A stretch of DNA of 37,502 bases from a bacterium (GTDB lineage Bacteria; UBP15; UBA6099; JAJRTR01). Of this stretch, positions 26,859 to 37,164 are shown one piece after another (positions within the stretch are counted from its first letter, which is position 1; each line of letters starts with the position of its first letter). The position numbers and the translations under genes were made by a program. The notes under the pieces are model-generated. The model was given only the letters and a program-made list of their open reading frames with translations. It searched no databases and had not been told where the DNA came from. The stretch is from positions 1 to 37,502 of the forward strand of contig JAJRTR010000112.1 in the NCBI GenBank assembly GCA_024278215.1. The letters run 5' to 3'.

Positions 26859-29069
26859 ATGAATATCGCTATTAAAAAACAACTTCAGACAAAAGTCGAC
26901 GAGATAAAGAAACGGCTCGCGGAATACGATCCCAACGCGGACGGCGACTTTATCGAACGGGCTTTCAAGATAGCCGAGAAAGCTTATTCGAACAAACAAA
27001 CGCCTGACGGCAGGCTGCTTATAGATCATCATCTCGACACCGCGCTCACACTTACCGAATACAATCTTGACAAGGAAACACTCGCGGCGGCGGTCCTTCA
27101 CGATACCTTAAGTTTCGGCGTGAGCCCGGAAACTCTTGAGAAAAAGTTCAACAGTACCGTCGGGCAGATCACCGAACTGCTCGACCAGCTGGGCGCAATG
27201 TACTTTTCCATTAATGAACTACAGGAGCGGCAGCACTTGAGGCAGATGTTTGTCGCTATGGCGGGCAATGTGCATGTTGTCATGATCGAACTCGCCGCCA
27301 GGTTGAACTACCTGCGCAACCAGGACAACATGCCCGACGAGGCGCGCGAGAATTACGCTCACGAAACTCTCGACATCTTCACACCGCTCGCTCACAGGCT
27401 CGGTGTTTCAAAGCTGAAGTCCGAACTCGAAGACTACTGCTGCAAAGCGCTCTACCCGGCCGAGTACACACGCCTCAGCCGACTCGCCGGTAAGACCGAG
27501 TCGAAGCGCCGGGAAGCCATCGAGCGCGTCATCGAGATACTCCACAAGTTTTTCAAGGAGAACAACCTCCAGGTCCACATCACCGGCAGGACAAAACACC
27601 TCTACAGCACTTACCTGAAAATGTTGCGGCAGGGCAAAGCTTTCAACGAACTTTTCGACCTTGCCGCCGTAAGGATCATTACCAACACCGAGGAAGAATG
27701 TTACAGAACACTCTCGGTGCTGCACAGTATATGGACACCGGTCCACGAAGAATTCGACGACTACATCGCCGCACCGAAACCCAACGGCTACAGGAGCATC
27801 CACACGGTTGTGATAGCCTCGAACAAACAGCCGGTCGAGGTGCAGATCCGCACGTGGGAAATGCACATGACTTCAGAGTTCGGCGTTGCGGCGCACTGGC
27901 ACTATAAAGAAACTTTCGGCAGCACTAAACAACAGACCGACGACGAACTCATCACATGGCTCAAAGACCTCTCCGACTCCGAAGACCGCAGGGCCTTGAC
28001 TGATCCGGTGTCAAGGCTTCAGAATGTCGTGCTCGATACCGTCAAGGGCAAGGTCTTCGTGCTCACACCGCGCGGGAAAATCATCAGGCTGCCGCAGGGC
28101 TCGACACCCATAGACTTTGCATACCGCGTTCACACGGAAGTAGGCCACCGCTGCAAGGGCGCGAAGGTCAACGGTCAGATCGTACCCATCGACTACACTC
28201 TCCACAACGGCGATGTCGTCGAGATCATCACGCAGAAAACAAACGCGCCCACCCGCGACTGGCTCCGCATCGCCGTCAGCTCACAGGCTCGCTCGAAAAT
28301 CAGGTCATGGTTTAAGAAGGTCGACCGCGACGAAAATATCCAGCAGGGCAGGTCCATGCTCCAGCGCGAACTCCACCGTTCCGGCCTCAAGCGAAAAGAC
28401 CTGCTCGACCGCATCGGGCTCGACGACATTATCGAAAGCTATAACTACAAAACCGAAAAAGACCTCTTTGCCGCTGTCGGTTGCGGCGACATCACCATCG
28501 AGGGCGTCACCGAAAGGATCAGACGCGCCTACAGGGAATTGTTGCAAAAAGAAGAGGTTCAAATAGATGCGCCGGAAGTTGTGCAGGAACCGAAAACCCG
28601 CCGCCGCGGACCCGGGAAAAAGAAGAAACAACATGTCATCGTTGACGGCATGTCGGATGTCATGGTCAATTTCGCTAAATGCTGCCTGCCCGTGCCGCAC
28701 GACGAGGTAGTCGGCTTCGTCACAAAAACACGCGGACTTTCTCTCCACAGAAAAGTGTGCCCCAACATAAAGAAATTCTCGGAATCCGGCGAACGCCTTG
28801 TCGCCGTCTACTGGTGCGACACCGAAGGCAATCTTTACCTCGCCGACATTCAGGTCAACTGCATCGACAGGTCGGGCCTGCTAAACGAACTTGTCGCCAT
28901 CCTCAGCGAAGCGAAGGTCAACCTGGTTAACCTCAAGAACCTGATGCTTCCCAACGCCACGCGACTCGTCACGATGCGCCTGGAAATTCAGGACACAAGT
29001 AATCTCGACTTCATCATCAACCGTATCGACCGCATCAAGGACGTGCTGTCCGTGCGGCGTAAACTCTGA
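26859..29069 (+). CDS. relA: Long RelA/SpoT homologue (synthetase, TGS, ACT) with degenerate hydrolase domain
   Basis: GRTKHLYS, DLAAVRI, EFDDYIAAPKPNGYRSIHT, EVQIRT, TGS motif TPIDFAYRVHT, AKCCLPVP, ACT domain; start uncertain. Confidence 0.92.
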   Translation: MNIAIKKQLQTKVDEIKKRLAEYDPNADGDFIERAFKIAEKAYSNKQTPDGRLLIDHHLDTALTLTEYNLDKETLAAAVLHDTLSFGVSPETLEKKFNSTVGQITELLDQLGAMYFSINELQERQHLRQMFVAMAGNVHVVMIELAARLNYLRNQDNMPDEARENYAHETLDIFTPLAHRLGVSKLKSELEDYCCKALYPAEYTRLSRLAGKTESKRREAIERVIEILHKFFKENNLQVHITGRTKHLYSTYLKMLRQGKAFNELFDLAAVRIITNTEEECYRTLSVLHSIWTPVHEEFDDYIAAPKPNGYRSIHTVVIASNKQPVEVQIRTWEMHMTSEFGVAAHWHYKETFGSTKQQTDDELITWLKDLSDSEDRRALTDPVSRLQNVVLDTVKGKVFVLTPRGKIIRLPQGSTPIDFAYRVHTEVGHRCKGAKVNGQIVPIDYTLHNGDVVEIITQKTNAPTRDWLRIAVSSQARSKIRSWFKKVDRDENIQQGRSMLQRELHRSGLKRKDLLDRIGLDDIIESYNYKTEKDLFAAVGCGDITIEGVTERIRRAYRELLQKEEVQIDAPEVVQEPKTRRRGPGKKKKQHVIVDGMSDVMVNFAKCCLPVPHDEVVGFVTKTRGLSLHRKVCPNIKKFSESGERLVAVYWCDTEGNLYLADIQVNCIDRSGLLNELVAILSEAKVNLVNLKNLMLPNATRLVTMRLEIQDTSNLDFIINRIDRIKDVLSVRRKL

Positions 29070-29301
29070 CTCCCGCTTTTTCTCGGGTCTGCGACATGAA
29101 AGTGGGCTAAAAACAACTATATTTTTATGTGCGAAAAACTGAGACTGGTAACGCTGTTTTTTGCTGTACCTGTCCCGCTTTTCGCAAAAACCTGCTTTTG
29201 TGTCGCACACCGCTTTTTCTCTTTCCGCTACTGCAAAACAACGAAGCGTGATAAAATATAAAAACTCGCAACTCGAACCCGGCTGGAAGGAGCGCAGGCA
29301 G

Positions 29302-30612
29302 ATGACAAACAATAATAATTATGACTTCAATGTGGAATCTCTCGGAAAATGCACTGTAAATTCACCTCTCGATATTATTTATTTCGTAGACGACGACAAC
29401 AGGATACTTCTGGACGCGAGCCTGAAAGCATACAGGGCGGAATGCAAAAAGAAGGGCGAGCCCTGGAGCATGGAAATCGCCGGGCCGCGTAAGAAAATAT
29501 ATTTCGATCCGTCGAAAACAAAGGCGGCGATTGTAACCTGCGGTGGCCTCTGCCCCGGCATCAACGACGTCATCAGGGGCATCGTCAACGTGCTGTGGTA
29601 CGGATACGGCGTTCACAACATCACCGGTTTTAAATATGGTTTCCAGGGCCTCGTCCCCGAATACAGGCACGAGACCGTAGAACTGAAACCCGAAGTTGTC
29701 AAAACCATACACCAGAGCGGTGGCAGCATGTTGTCTTCCTCGCGTGGGCCCCAGGATACAGGCGCTATGGTCGACGCGCTGGAACGAATGAACATCAATA
29801 TCCTGTTTGCAATCGGCGGCGACGGCACGCAGCGCGCAGCTCTGGAAATTCACGAAGAAGCCAAAAAGCGAAATATCAATCTTGCGGTGGTCGGCATCCC
29901 GAAAACAATAGACAACGACCTTTGTTTCATCGAAAAATCATTCGGATTTGAATCCGCCTTCAGTGCGGCTGTGGATGCTGTAAGGGGTGCACACCAGGAA
30001 GCGGAAGGCGCTCCGAACGGTGTGGGCATCGTCAAACTCATGGGCCGCCACAGCGGTTTTATCGCCACCACAGCCACACTCGCCACAAGCGACGTGAACT
30101 TCTGCCTCATCCCGGAAGTGCCGTTTCAGCTCGAAGGCCCGCAGGGGCTGTTCCTCGCGCTCGAAGAAAGACTCAATCGGCGAAAACATGCGGTTATCGT
30201 CGTCGCCGAAGGCGCGGGGCAGGAACTTATGCGGAAAGAAGCGGCGGGCAAGCAAACCGACGCTTCCGGAAATGTCGCTCTCAAAGACATCGGTGTTTTT
30301 CTCAAAAAAAGAATCGACGAACATTTCAAGCAGATGAAATTTGAAGCCAACGTGAAATACATCGACCCCAGCTACATCATACGCAGTGTGCCCGCAAACC
30401 CGACCGACAGCGTCTATTGCATGCAGCTCGCGCAAAATTCGGTTCATGCCGCCATGGCCGGCAAAAGCGGCATGGTCGTCGGCGAATGGAACAACACTTT
30501 TACAAATATCCCCATCGCCATGGCTATCTATAGACGCAACCAGGTGGACCCGGACGGCCCGCTATGGCTTAATGTGCTCGAAGCCACGGGACAGGGAAAA
30601 CTGCACGATTGA
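29302..30612 (+). CDS. pfkA: 6-phosphofructokinase (group X type, probably ATP-dependent)
   Basis: TCGGLCPG, GGDGT, PKTIDND, KLMGRHSG, KYIDPSY; AAGGAG RBS. Confidence 0.92.
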   Translation: MTNNNNYDFNVESLGKCTVNSPLDIIYFVDDDNRILLDASLKAYRAECKKKGEPWSMEIAGPRKKIYFDPSKTKAAIVTCGGLCPGINDVIRGIVNVLWYGYGVHNITGFKYGFQGLVPEYRHETVELKPEVVKTIHQSGGSMLSSSRGPQDTGAMVDALERMNINILFAIGGDGTQRAALEIHEEAKKRNINLAVVGIPKTIDNDLCFIEKSFGFESAFSAAVDAVRGAHQEAEGAPNGVGIVKLMGRHSGFIATTATLATSDVNFCLIPEVPFQLEGPQGLFLALEERLNRRKHAVIVVAEGAGQELMRKEAAGKQTDASGNVALKDIGVFLKKRIDEHFKQMKFEANVKYIDPSYIIRSVPANPTDSVYCMQLAQNSVHAAMAGKSGMVVGEWNNTFTNIPIAMAIYRRNQVDPDGPLWLNVLEATGQGKLHD

Positions 30613-30682
30613 GCCGGGCGGCTGTCTTTGCTCTGAACATTTTCACTCGACCTCGCGGCGAACATAATCTTGCATTTGGCTC
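30611..30682 (-). repeat. Family A internally deleted copy
   Basis: TTGCTCTGAACATTTTCACTCGACCTCGCGGCGAACATAATCTTGCATTTGGCTC is the reverse complement of the family A left arm; the segment begins GAGCCG. Confidence 0.75.
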
Positions 30683-30771
30683 ATAATATGCTATATTTAT
30701 TGGATTGAAAAGCCGGGGGACCGTGCTGAGTTGAGTGTGTCCGGCGGCGTCTTCAGGTCGGGTGAAGCCCG

Positions 30772-31353
30772 TTGAGAGTGATAGCAGGAAAATTTAAACG
30801 GAGACCGCTCAGCGGACCCGGCCCGAAAAATGAAAACATTCGCGCCACCTATGACCGGGTGCGTGAAAATGTTTTTAATCTGCTGGGCGAAAGAGTCGAG
30901 GAAGCTGCTGTGCTGGACCTCTTCGCCGGTACGGGCAGCATCGGCATCGAGGCGATCAGCAGGGGCGCGGCAAGTGTGGTTTTTGTCGACCACAGCCACG
31001 AAGCGTTGAACCTTGTGCGCAGAAACACCGCCCGCCTTGGCATCGGCGCTCAGTGCAGAATAATCAAGGCCGACTCTGTCGGATTCCTGCAACGGCGGAA
31101 TAATGACGGGAAGTTCGACATCATATACATTGATCCGCCGTATCGCTCGGACCTGTTCGAGAAAACGGCGGCGCTTACGGCGGCAAACAATTGGCTCGCG
31201 CAAGGCGGCATTGTAATAGGCGAACACGGCAAACCGGGCAGGCCACCCGCGACCGACCGGGCAGGCGCACTGGAAAAAGTGGACACTCGCAAGTATGGCC
31301 GATCATGGCTGACTCTCTGGCAATGGGCCGGAACGGAAGGGCTGCATAAATGA
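30772..31353 (+). CDS. rsmD: 16S rRNA m2G966 methyltransferase
   Basis: RVIAGKFK, DRVRE, LDLFAGTGSIGIEAISRGA, DPPY. Confidence 0.93.
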   Translation: MRVIAGKFKRRPLSGPGPKNENIRATYDRVRENVFNLLGERVEEAAVLDLFAGTGSIGIEAISRGAASVVFVDHSHEALNLVRRNTARLGIGAQCRIIKADSVGFLQRRNNDGKFDIIYIDPPYRSDLFEKTAALTAANNWLAQGGIVIGEHGKPGRPPATDRAGALEKVDTRKYGRSWLTLWQWAGTEGLHK

Positions 31354-31841
31354 AAACGGTTGTTTATCCGGGCAGTTTCGATCCGGTCACTAACGGGCAC
31401 CTCGACATAGTTCAGCGCGCGGCCGCCATCTTCGACGAACTCGTTGTCGTCGTGGCGGACAACCCGAATAAAAAAAGCTTCTTTTCTATTAAGGAGCGTA
31501 AAACTTTCCTCGAGGCGCTCACCGAAGATATACAAAATGTGAGTGTCGACAGTTTCGACGGGCTGCTTGTGGATTACGTGGCGGAAAGAAATGTAGACGC
31601 GCTTGTGCGCGGACTGCGCGCCGTGACGGATTTCGAGATGGAGTTCCAGATGGCGCTGATAAACACACAACTGCACCGCGGCGTGGAGACGGTCTTCCTT
31701 GTGACGAGCACGGAATATTCGTTCTTGAGTTCGTCCATAATCAAGGAAGTAGCATCGTTCGGCGGCGATGTGTCGACACTGGTGCCATCTATTGTGGATG
31801 CCGGACTGAAGAAGAAATTTGCGGCCAGGGTTGATAAATGA
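31350..31841 (+). CDS. coaD: Phosphopantetheine adenylyltransferase
   Basis: YPGSFDPVTNGHLD, RGLR, SSSIIKE. Confidence 0.97.
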   Translation: MKTVVYPGSFDPVTNGHLDIVQRAAAIFDELVVVVADNPNKKSFFSIKERKTFLEALTEDIQNVSVDSFDGLLVDYVAERNVDALVRGLRAVTDFEMEFQMALINTQLHRGVETVFLVTSTEYSFLSSSIIKEVASFGGDVSTLVPSIVDAGLKKKFAARVDK

Positions 31842-32260
31842 AGCCCACCGTAGAAAGACGGGCCGGTATGGATGAGCGGGCAGCACGCTTCAAGAAGCTG
31901 GTGTTGGAGCTCGAGGAGCATCTGGACAGCGGTTTCTTCCTTTCGCTCATGGGCAAGGTGGTTGTAGACGAAAGGAAGATATATTCGCTGCTCAGCGAAT
32001 TGCGCACGATTGATTTCGATGCCGAACCTGCCGCGTCCCCGGTGTCCGCGCCTGCGCAACCCGCGGTCGAGCTGCCGGAACACCCGGACCAGGCTCTCGA
32101 AGATGCGCTTGCCGGAGCCGATGCCGTCAGAAAAGAAGCGGAAGAATTTGCAGACAGCATTCTTGCCCGCCTCGAGAAGAGTTTGCTGGACACTCTTGAA
32201 GAAGTAAGGAATAAAAGGCAGGATATAGCCGGGCGCAGGACAGGCCGGCAATTAGAATAA
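31838..32260 (+). CDS. Coiled-coil hypothetical protein of the type that often follows coaD
   Basis: ATGA overlap with coaD; LEEHL..LMGKVVVD and A.EFAD.IL..LE pattern. Confidence 0.7.
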   Translation: MKPTVERRAGMDERAARFKKLVLELEEHLDSGFFLSLMGKVVVDERKIYSLLSELRTIDFDAEPAASPVSAPAQPAVELPEHPDQALEDALAGADAVRKEAEEFADSILARLEKSLLDTLEEVRNKRQDIAGRRTGRQLE

Positions 32261-32272
32261 AACAGGTCTGAA

Positions 32273-32313
32273 GTGCCGACTGCAACAGCGGGACATTAGT
32301 TTGCAATCGGCTC
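32273..32313. repeat. Family A minimal element (two terminal repeats, 15-bp spacer)
   Basis: GTGCCGACTGCAA-N15-TTGCAATCGGCTC. Confidence 0.6.
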
Positions 32314-32346
32314 ATCAAGGAAGAAAAATCAGGGAGGTGGACGAAG

Positions 32347-32538
32347 ATGGCCCTACCGAAATATAAAATGTCGAGAGCGAATACACGGTCACGCAAAGCC
32401 GTGTGGAAGGCAAAGCTGAAGGCGCCGGAACTGGTGGAATGCCCACAGTGCCACAGGACAAAGATGGCTCACAGGGCTTGCACCAAGTGCGGCTATTACA
32501 AAGGCAAAAATGTTATCGCGATTAAAGCAGAAGGTTGA
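32347..32538 (+). CDS. rpmF: 50S ribosomal protein L32 (zinc-ribbon form)
   Basis: MALPKYKMSRA, CPQC...HRACTKCGYYKG. Confidence 0.96.
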   Translation: MALPKYKMSRANTRSRKAVWKAKLKAPELVECPQCHRTKMAHRACTKCGYYKGKNVIAIKAEG

Positions 32539-32556
32539 TGGAGGCACGTACAATAA

Positions 32557-32793
32557 ATGGCTGATTACACGCAAAGACTTAATAAGGTAATCATTGCGGA
32601 ACTCGGAGTGACCGAGGATAAGCTGTTGCCGGAAGCCTCGTTCCGGGATGATCTCGGAGCGAATTCCGCCAGGATATTCGATCTTATTCTCGCGCTCGAA
32701 GACGAGTTTAATATCGAAGTGCCCGACGAGGACGCCATGATGATCACAACGATTGCAGATGCAATGGCGTACCTGGAAAAACGACTGGGGTGA
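32557..32793 (+). CDS. acpP: Acyl carrier protein
   Basis: EASFRDDLGANS...LEDEFNIEVPDEDA; lies between rpmF and rnc. Confidence 0.88.
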   Translation: MADYTQRLNKVIIAELGVTEDKLLPEASFRDDLGANSARIFDLILALEDEFNIEVPDEDAMMITTIADAMAYLEKRLG

Positions 32794-32797
32794 CAGG

Positions 32798-33541
32798 TTG
32801 AAGGAAAGCCTGCAATACATCTCAGAGGACGACGGATTCCCCAACCCGCTGGATGAGTTCCAGGAAATTATAGGTATTAAATTCAGCGTTCTGGATAACC
32901 TGCGCGCGGCACTGACACACCCCTCGTACTGGGGCGAATACGCAATGTCGGAACGTGAGCGGCTCGAGCGAAGCTACGAGCGGCTCGAATTCCTTGGCGA
33001 CAGTGTCCTGGCGCTCACGGTCTGCACAAAGCTCTTCCAGGATTATCCTGACGACCACCAGGGCATCCTCAGCAAAATGAAAGGGCACCTGGTCAGCAAA
33101 AAAGTGCTCCTGAGGATCGCACGCGAGCTGCGCATCGGTGAGTTCATCCGTGTCGGCAAAGGCGTTGGCGACGAAGCCGGGAATGAACATACTTCTTTTA
33201 TGGTCGACTGCTTTGAATCGGTGGTCGGCGCGATATACATTGATTTCGGTTTCGAGCGTGCCAGGAACTTTGTACTGGGCGTTTTGAGCAAGGAAATCAA
33301 ACGTGTTGAAACAAGGGGTATCAACGACTACAAAACAACTCTCCAGGAAATTGTCCAGAAGAGACACAGGTGCCTGCCGAAGTACAAACTCGTCTCGCAG
33401 ACAGGCCCGGAGCACCACAAGCTTTTCACTATAGATGTCTACATCGCAGACAAGAAATGCGGTACCGGAGAAGGACACAGCAAGAAGGAAGCCGAGATCA
33501 ACGCGGCCGGCCAGGCGCTCAGCAGCATGAACATCGTTTGA
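32798..33541 (+). CDS. rnc: Ribonuclease III
   Basis: ALTHPSY, ERLEFLGDSVL, DCFESVVGAIYID, dsRBD DYKTTLQE...SKKEAE; TTG start after GGGGTG. Confidence 0.95.
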   Translation: MKESLQYISEDDGFPNPLDEFQEIIGIKFSVLDNLRAALTHPSYWGEYAMSERERLERSYERLEFLGDSVLALTVCTKLFQDYPDDHQGILSKMKGHLVSKKVLLRIARELRIGEFIRVGKGVGDEAGNEHTSFMVDCFESVVGAIYIDFGFERARNFVLGVLSKEIKRVETRGINDYKTTLQEIVQKRHRCLPKYKLVSQTGPEHHKLFTIDVYIADKKCGTGEGHSKKEAEINAAGQALSSMNIV

Positions 33542-33648
33542 GCTTCTGATCGTGCTGCTCCCGCGCAGCAGTCAGAGAATAAGCGCCGGACACGGGGCGG
33601 CTTCCCACGCATTATCAAATCGCTGTCCGCATTTACACTGGTGGAACA

Positions 33649-36600
33649 ATGTATCTTAAATCCCTATCTCTCTACGGTTTTAAAACATTCGCCGTGAAAA
33701 CGGATTTCGCCTTTAAGCCCGGCTGCACGGCTTTTGTCGGCGCCAACGGAAGCGGCAAGAGCAACCTGATCGACGCGATGGTCTGGGTCATGGGCGAGCA
33801 GAGTGTCAAGTCCATCCGTGGCCGCAAAATGGAGGAAGTCGTCTTCCACGGCAGCGAAACAAAAAAGCCGCTTGGCTATGCACAGGTCATGGTTACCTTC
33901 GACAATGAAGACGGGTTCTTCCCGCTCCCGCACAGTGAAATATCCATAATGCGCAGGTTCTACAAATCGGGCGATAGCGAGTTCGCCATAAACCGCGAGC
34001 CATGCCGCCTTCGCGACATCCAGAACCTTATGCGCGACACCGGCCTCGGCATGATGAATTACTCGGTGATCAGCCAGGGCGACGTCGAGTACATAATTGA
34101 TCTTTCGCCACTCCAGCGCCGCGAGATTTTCGACGAGGCCGCTGGTATCAACAAGTATAAAATCGAAAAACATAAAACCCTGAAAAAAATCTCCGATACG
34201 GAATCCAACATGGCCCGCATCGGCGACATTATGAGCGAAATCGAAGAACAGCTCGAACCTCTCAAGATTCAGGCCGACAAGGCGCGCCTCTACGAACAAC
34301 TCACTGAGGAGATAGAACGCCTCAAACTCAATGTTATGGTCAGCGATGTGGTGAGGCTCAATGAGCGCATCGCACAGTTCGAGACGTTAATGGTGCAGGG
34401 CAGAAAAAAAGTCCTCGACGCCGAAGAGCTTATCCTGAAAAACAAGGCCCGCGGTGCCGAACTCGAATCACTAACTGAACTTGAAAGAAGCAGGATCGAC
34501 GGTTTTATGGAAGAACTCGCCGACATCGGCAACCAGGTGGGCCGCGCCGAAGAGTCCATCCGCGGTTTCACCCGCACTACTGAAAATTTCGCAAGGCAAA
34601 CAGAATCGCTCCGCTCGAAAAAGGCGGACTCGACTCGCCGCATAGAAGAACTCGTCATAAAAACAGCAAACACCGAAAAACGCATCGAGGAACTCCGTCG
34701 CGAACTGGCCGCCGCTGAAAAAGAAAAATCCGATTTCATGGCGAGCAGTGACGGAGTGGACCTCGCTTCACGCGAGGAACAGCTCCGCGGAATATGCTCC
34801 AAACTCAGACCGGCTGTCGAAAAGGCGCGCGCTGACCAGTTGAAACTCGAAAGCGAAAGAGAAATACTGCACAAACAAAAATCCGCGCATGCTCGTGAAT
34901 ATGCAGCCCGGCGTGCACGACAGTTGAAACTCGATGAGCGCATCTCCGGCCTTAAAAATACCCTCGTCGATGTCCGGAGCCAGGAAAAAGAACGCGCGGC
35001 CCGACTCGCCGAACTTGTAGAAAAAATCAGCACATCGGCATCGGACATCAACGCACTTTCAAAGAAAAAAGATGAGATAAAACAACTGTACGAAGAGCAC
35101 AACGATAATCTCCGCGAACTGCGCGCAAGTGAAAGATCGCTCAGAAAACTTTCGGCGGCTGTTCAATCGCTCTATGCCCAGGTTGACACGTGCGACACTG
35201 ACCGCAACAACTCGATTATGAAAAGTATCCAGGTGCCAGACGATCTGAAAAGAGCCCTTTTCAGGGTGCTGGGTGACGCGGCAAAGGCGATTCCAGCGTC
35301 TGTGGCCGACGCATCCGCAGCAGCCGCAGGCAAATCCGGTCAGGTTGCAGTTTTTCTGCTTCGCGAATGGCTCGGTGGCGGTAAACTGCCCGATGTTTCC
35401 AGTCTTGCCGGAAAGCCCGCAATAGCGGGGATACTCTCGAAAATGGTTACGCTCGGCGCGGATGCCGACCCGGCGATCAGTGCACTGCTGGGCAGTATAG
35501 TGGTGGCCGAAACGCGAGAGGCGCTTGTTGCGATAGCACCTGAATTGCCCGCCGGTGCGGCGGCTGTAAGCAGAGACGGAGAATGCGTGTTCGCGGGAGG
35601 ACTGCTCTGTGTCGGAGAAGAACTCATCACTCCTGAAGCTGTCGCTGAAAAGCAAAAACAGACTGAAGCGGAACTTCGCGTTGAAGAAAAATGCACTGGC
35701 GACCTTCGCGAACAATTGAATGCTCTCGAGCGCGAACTAAACGAAAAAACAAGCCGGCAGGCGGACATCGAAAAGGATATTCGCAGGCTTCACTCCGAAG
35801 CCGACTCGTCAGCCGGCAAGTCAGGTTCGCTTGCCGAACGCATTGAGTTCTATAACGCCGAACTCGAGGATGTGAACGAAGCGCTGGCGCAAATTTCACC
35901 GCTGGGCAAAGACCTCGACCAGGGCATCGCTTCTGTTGAAAAAGACCTCGTTGAAGTGCGAAAACTACGCGAACAGAAGGAGCAGGAGCTTAAGAACAGC
36001 GAGTCCGAACTCAAGGCGGTTGCTGAAGATCGCAGGCAGAGGGAACAGTCCGGAATCGAACTGAACCGCCGCATCGAAGAACTGAAAAAACAGATAAATG
36101 AACTATCGAAAATCATCGAATACAGCAGGATGGAAATAACACAGATAAGCACGCGAACAAAAGATATCGATCAGGACATCGAGGACATGCAGAGGCAGAG
36201 CGCAAGGATAGAGTCAGACCTTGACGCAGCCCGCGAAGACCTCGCAAAATGGGTTGCAAAACGAAAAACCTCGCTCGACGCCCTTGCTGAAAAGCGACAG
36301 AAACTCGATGGGATAATAGCCGAGTATAAACGCGTCAGCGCCGAACTCGAGGCAAAGGAAAAGGAAGTGGCCGAAGAGAGGGAAAACCTGCTGCATACCG
36401 AAGTGAAGAAGGCGAGAGCCGAGACGCAGCTTTCGCAGGTGCGCGAGCAGTTCCGTGAGGAGTTTCCCGGACTTTCCGAAGAGAGGGCCATCCGCCAGGC
36501 GGAAGATGTTCAGCCCGGCGAAAAGGGCCGCTACCGCGCGCTCCGCACCGAGCGCGATTCGCTCATGCCGGTAAACCAACTGGCAATCGGCGAATACGAT

Positions 36601-37158
36601 GAAAAAAAGAAACGACACGACGATTTTATGCTCCAGCTGAGCGATCTCGAAGAAACTCGATCGACACTTCTCGAGGCTGTTGACAGGTACGACGACAAGA
36701 GCAGGCAGAAATTCCTGGAGACTTTCAAAAATGTGCAGGGTAAATTTGCCGAAACATTCGTTGAGATTTTCGAGGGCGGAGATGCGCGGCTGGTATTGAC
36801 GGAAGCGGAAGACCCGCTCGAAGCGGGCGTGGACATCGCTGTGCAGATACCCGGCAAGCGTATGAGAAATATCCGGCTGTTGTCCGGCGGCGAGAAAGCG
36901 CTGTGCGCGCTTACGCTTATCTTCTCGATACTCAAAGTCAAACCCAGCCCATTCTATATGCTCGACGAGGTGGACGCCGGCCTGGACGATGTGAATATAA
37001 AACGTTTTGTCGGAATGCTGAAAAAGTATTCGCGCGAGGCGCAGTTTTTCATCATCACCCACAACAAGGGGACGCTAGACGGCGCCGACCACTTCTACGG
37101 TATTACGTTGCGTGAAGAAGACGGCTATTCAAAACAGATATCGGTTTCATTGGAGTAA
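33649..37158 (+). CDS. smc: Chromosome partition protein SMC
   Basis: GANGSGKSN Walker A, Q-loop, long coiled coils, [17 protein letters not shown]. Confidence 0.95.
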   Translation: MYLKSLSLYGFKTFAVKTDFAFKPGCTAFVGANGSGKSNLIDAMVWVMGEQSVKSIRGRKMEEVVFHGSETKKPLGYAQVMVTFDNEDGFFPLPHSEISIMRRFYKSGDSEFAINREPCRLRDIQNLMRDTGLGMMNYSVISQGDVEYIIDLSPLQRREIFDEAAGINKYKIEKHKTLKKISDTESNMARIGDIMSEIEEQLEPLKIQADKARLYEQLTEEIERLKLNVMVSDVVRLNERIAQFETLMVQGRKKVLDAEELILKNKARGAELESLTELERSRIDGFMEELADIGNQVGRAEESIRGFTRTTENFARQTESLRSKKADSTRRIEELVIKTANTEKRIEELRRELAAAEKEKSDFMASSDGVDLASREEQLRGICSKLRPAVEKARADQLKLESEREILHKQKSAHAREYAARRARQLKLDERISGLKNTLVDVRSQEKERAARLAELVEKISTSASDINALSKKKDEIKQLYEEHNDNLRELRASERSLRKLSAAVQSLYAQVDTCDTDRNNSIMKSIQVPDDLKRALFRVLGDAAKAIPASVADASAAAAGKSGQVAVFLLREWLGGGKLPDVSSLAGKPAIAGILSKMVTLGADADPAISALLGSIVVAETREALVAIAPELPAGAAAVSRDGECVFAGGLLCVGEELITPEAVAEKQKQTEAELRVEEKCTGDLREQLNALERELNEKTSRQADIEKDIRRLHSEADSSAGKSGSLAERIEFYNAELEDVNEALAQISPLGKDLDQGIASVEKDLVEVRKLREQKEQELKNSESELKAVAEDRRQREQSGIELNRRIEELKKQINELSKIIEYSRMEITQISTRTKDIDQDIEDMQRQSARIESDLDAAREDLAKWVAKRKTSLDALAEKRQKLDGIIAEYKRVSAELEAKEKEVAEERENLLHTEVKKARAETQLSQVREQFREEFPGLSEERAIRQAEDVQPGEKGRYRALRTERDSLMPVNQLAIGEYDEKKKRHDDFMLQLSDLEETRSTLLEAVDRYDDKSRQKFLETFKNVQGKFAETFVEIFEGGDARLVLTEAEDPLEAGVDIAVQIPGKRMRNIRLLSGGEKALCALTLIFSILKVKPSPFYMLDEVDAGLDDVNIKRFVGMLKKYSREAQFFIITHNKGTLDGADHFYGITLREEDGYSKQISVSLE

Positions 37159-37164
37159 CGAAAA

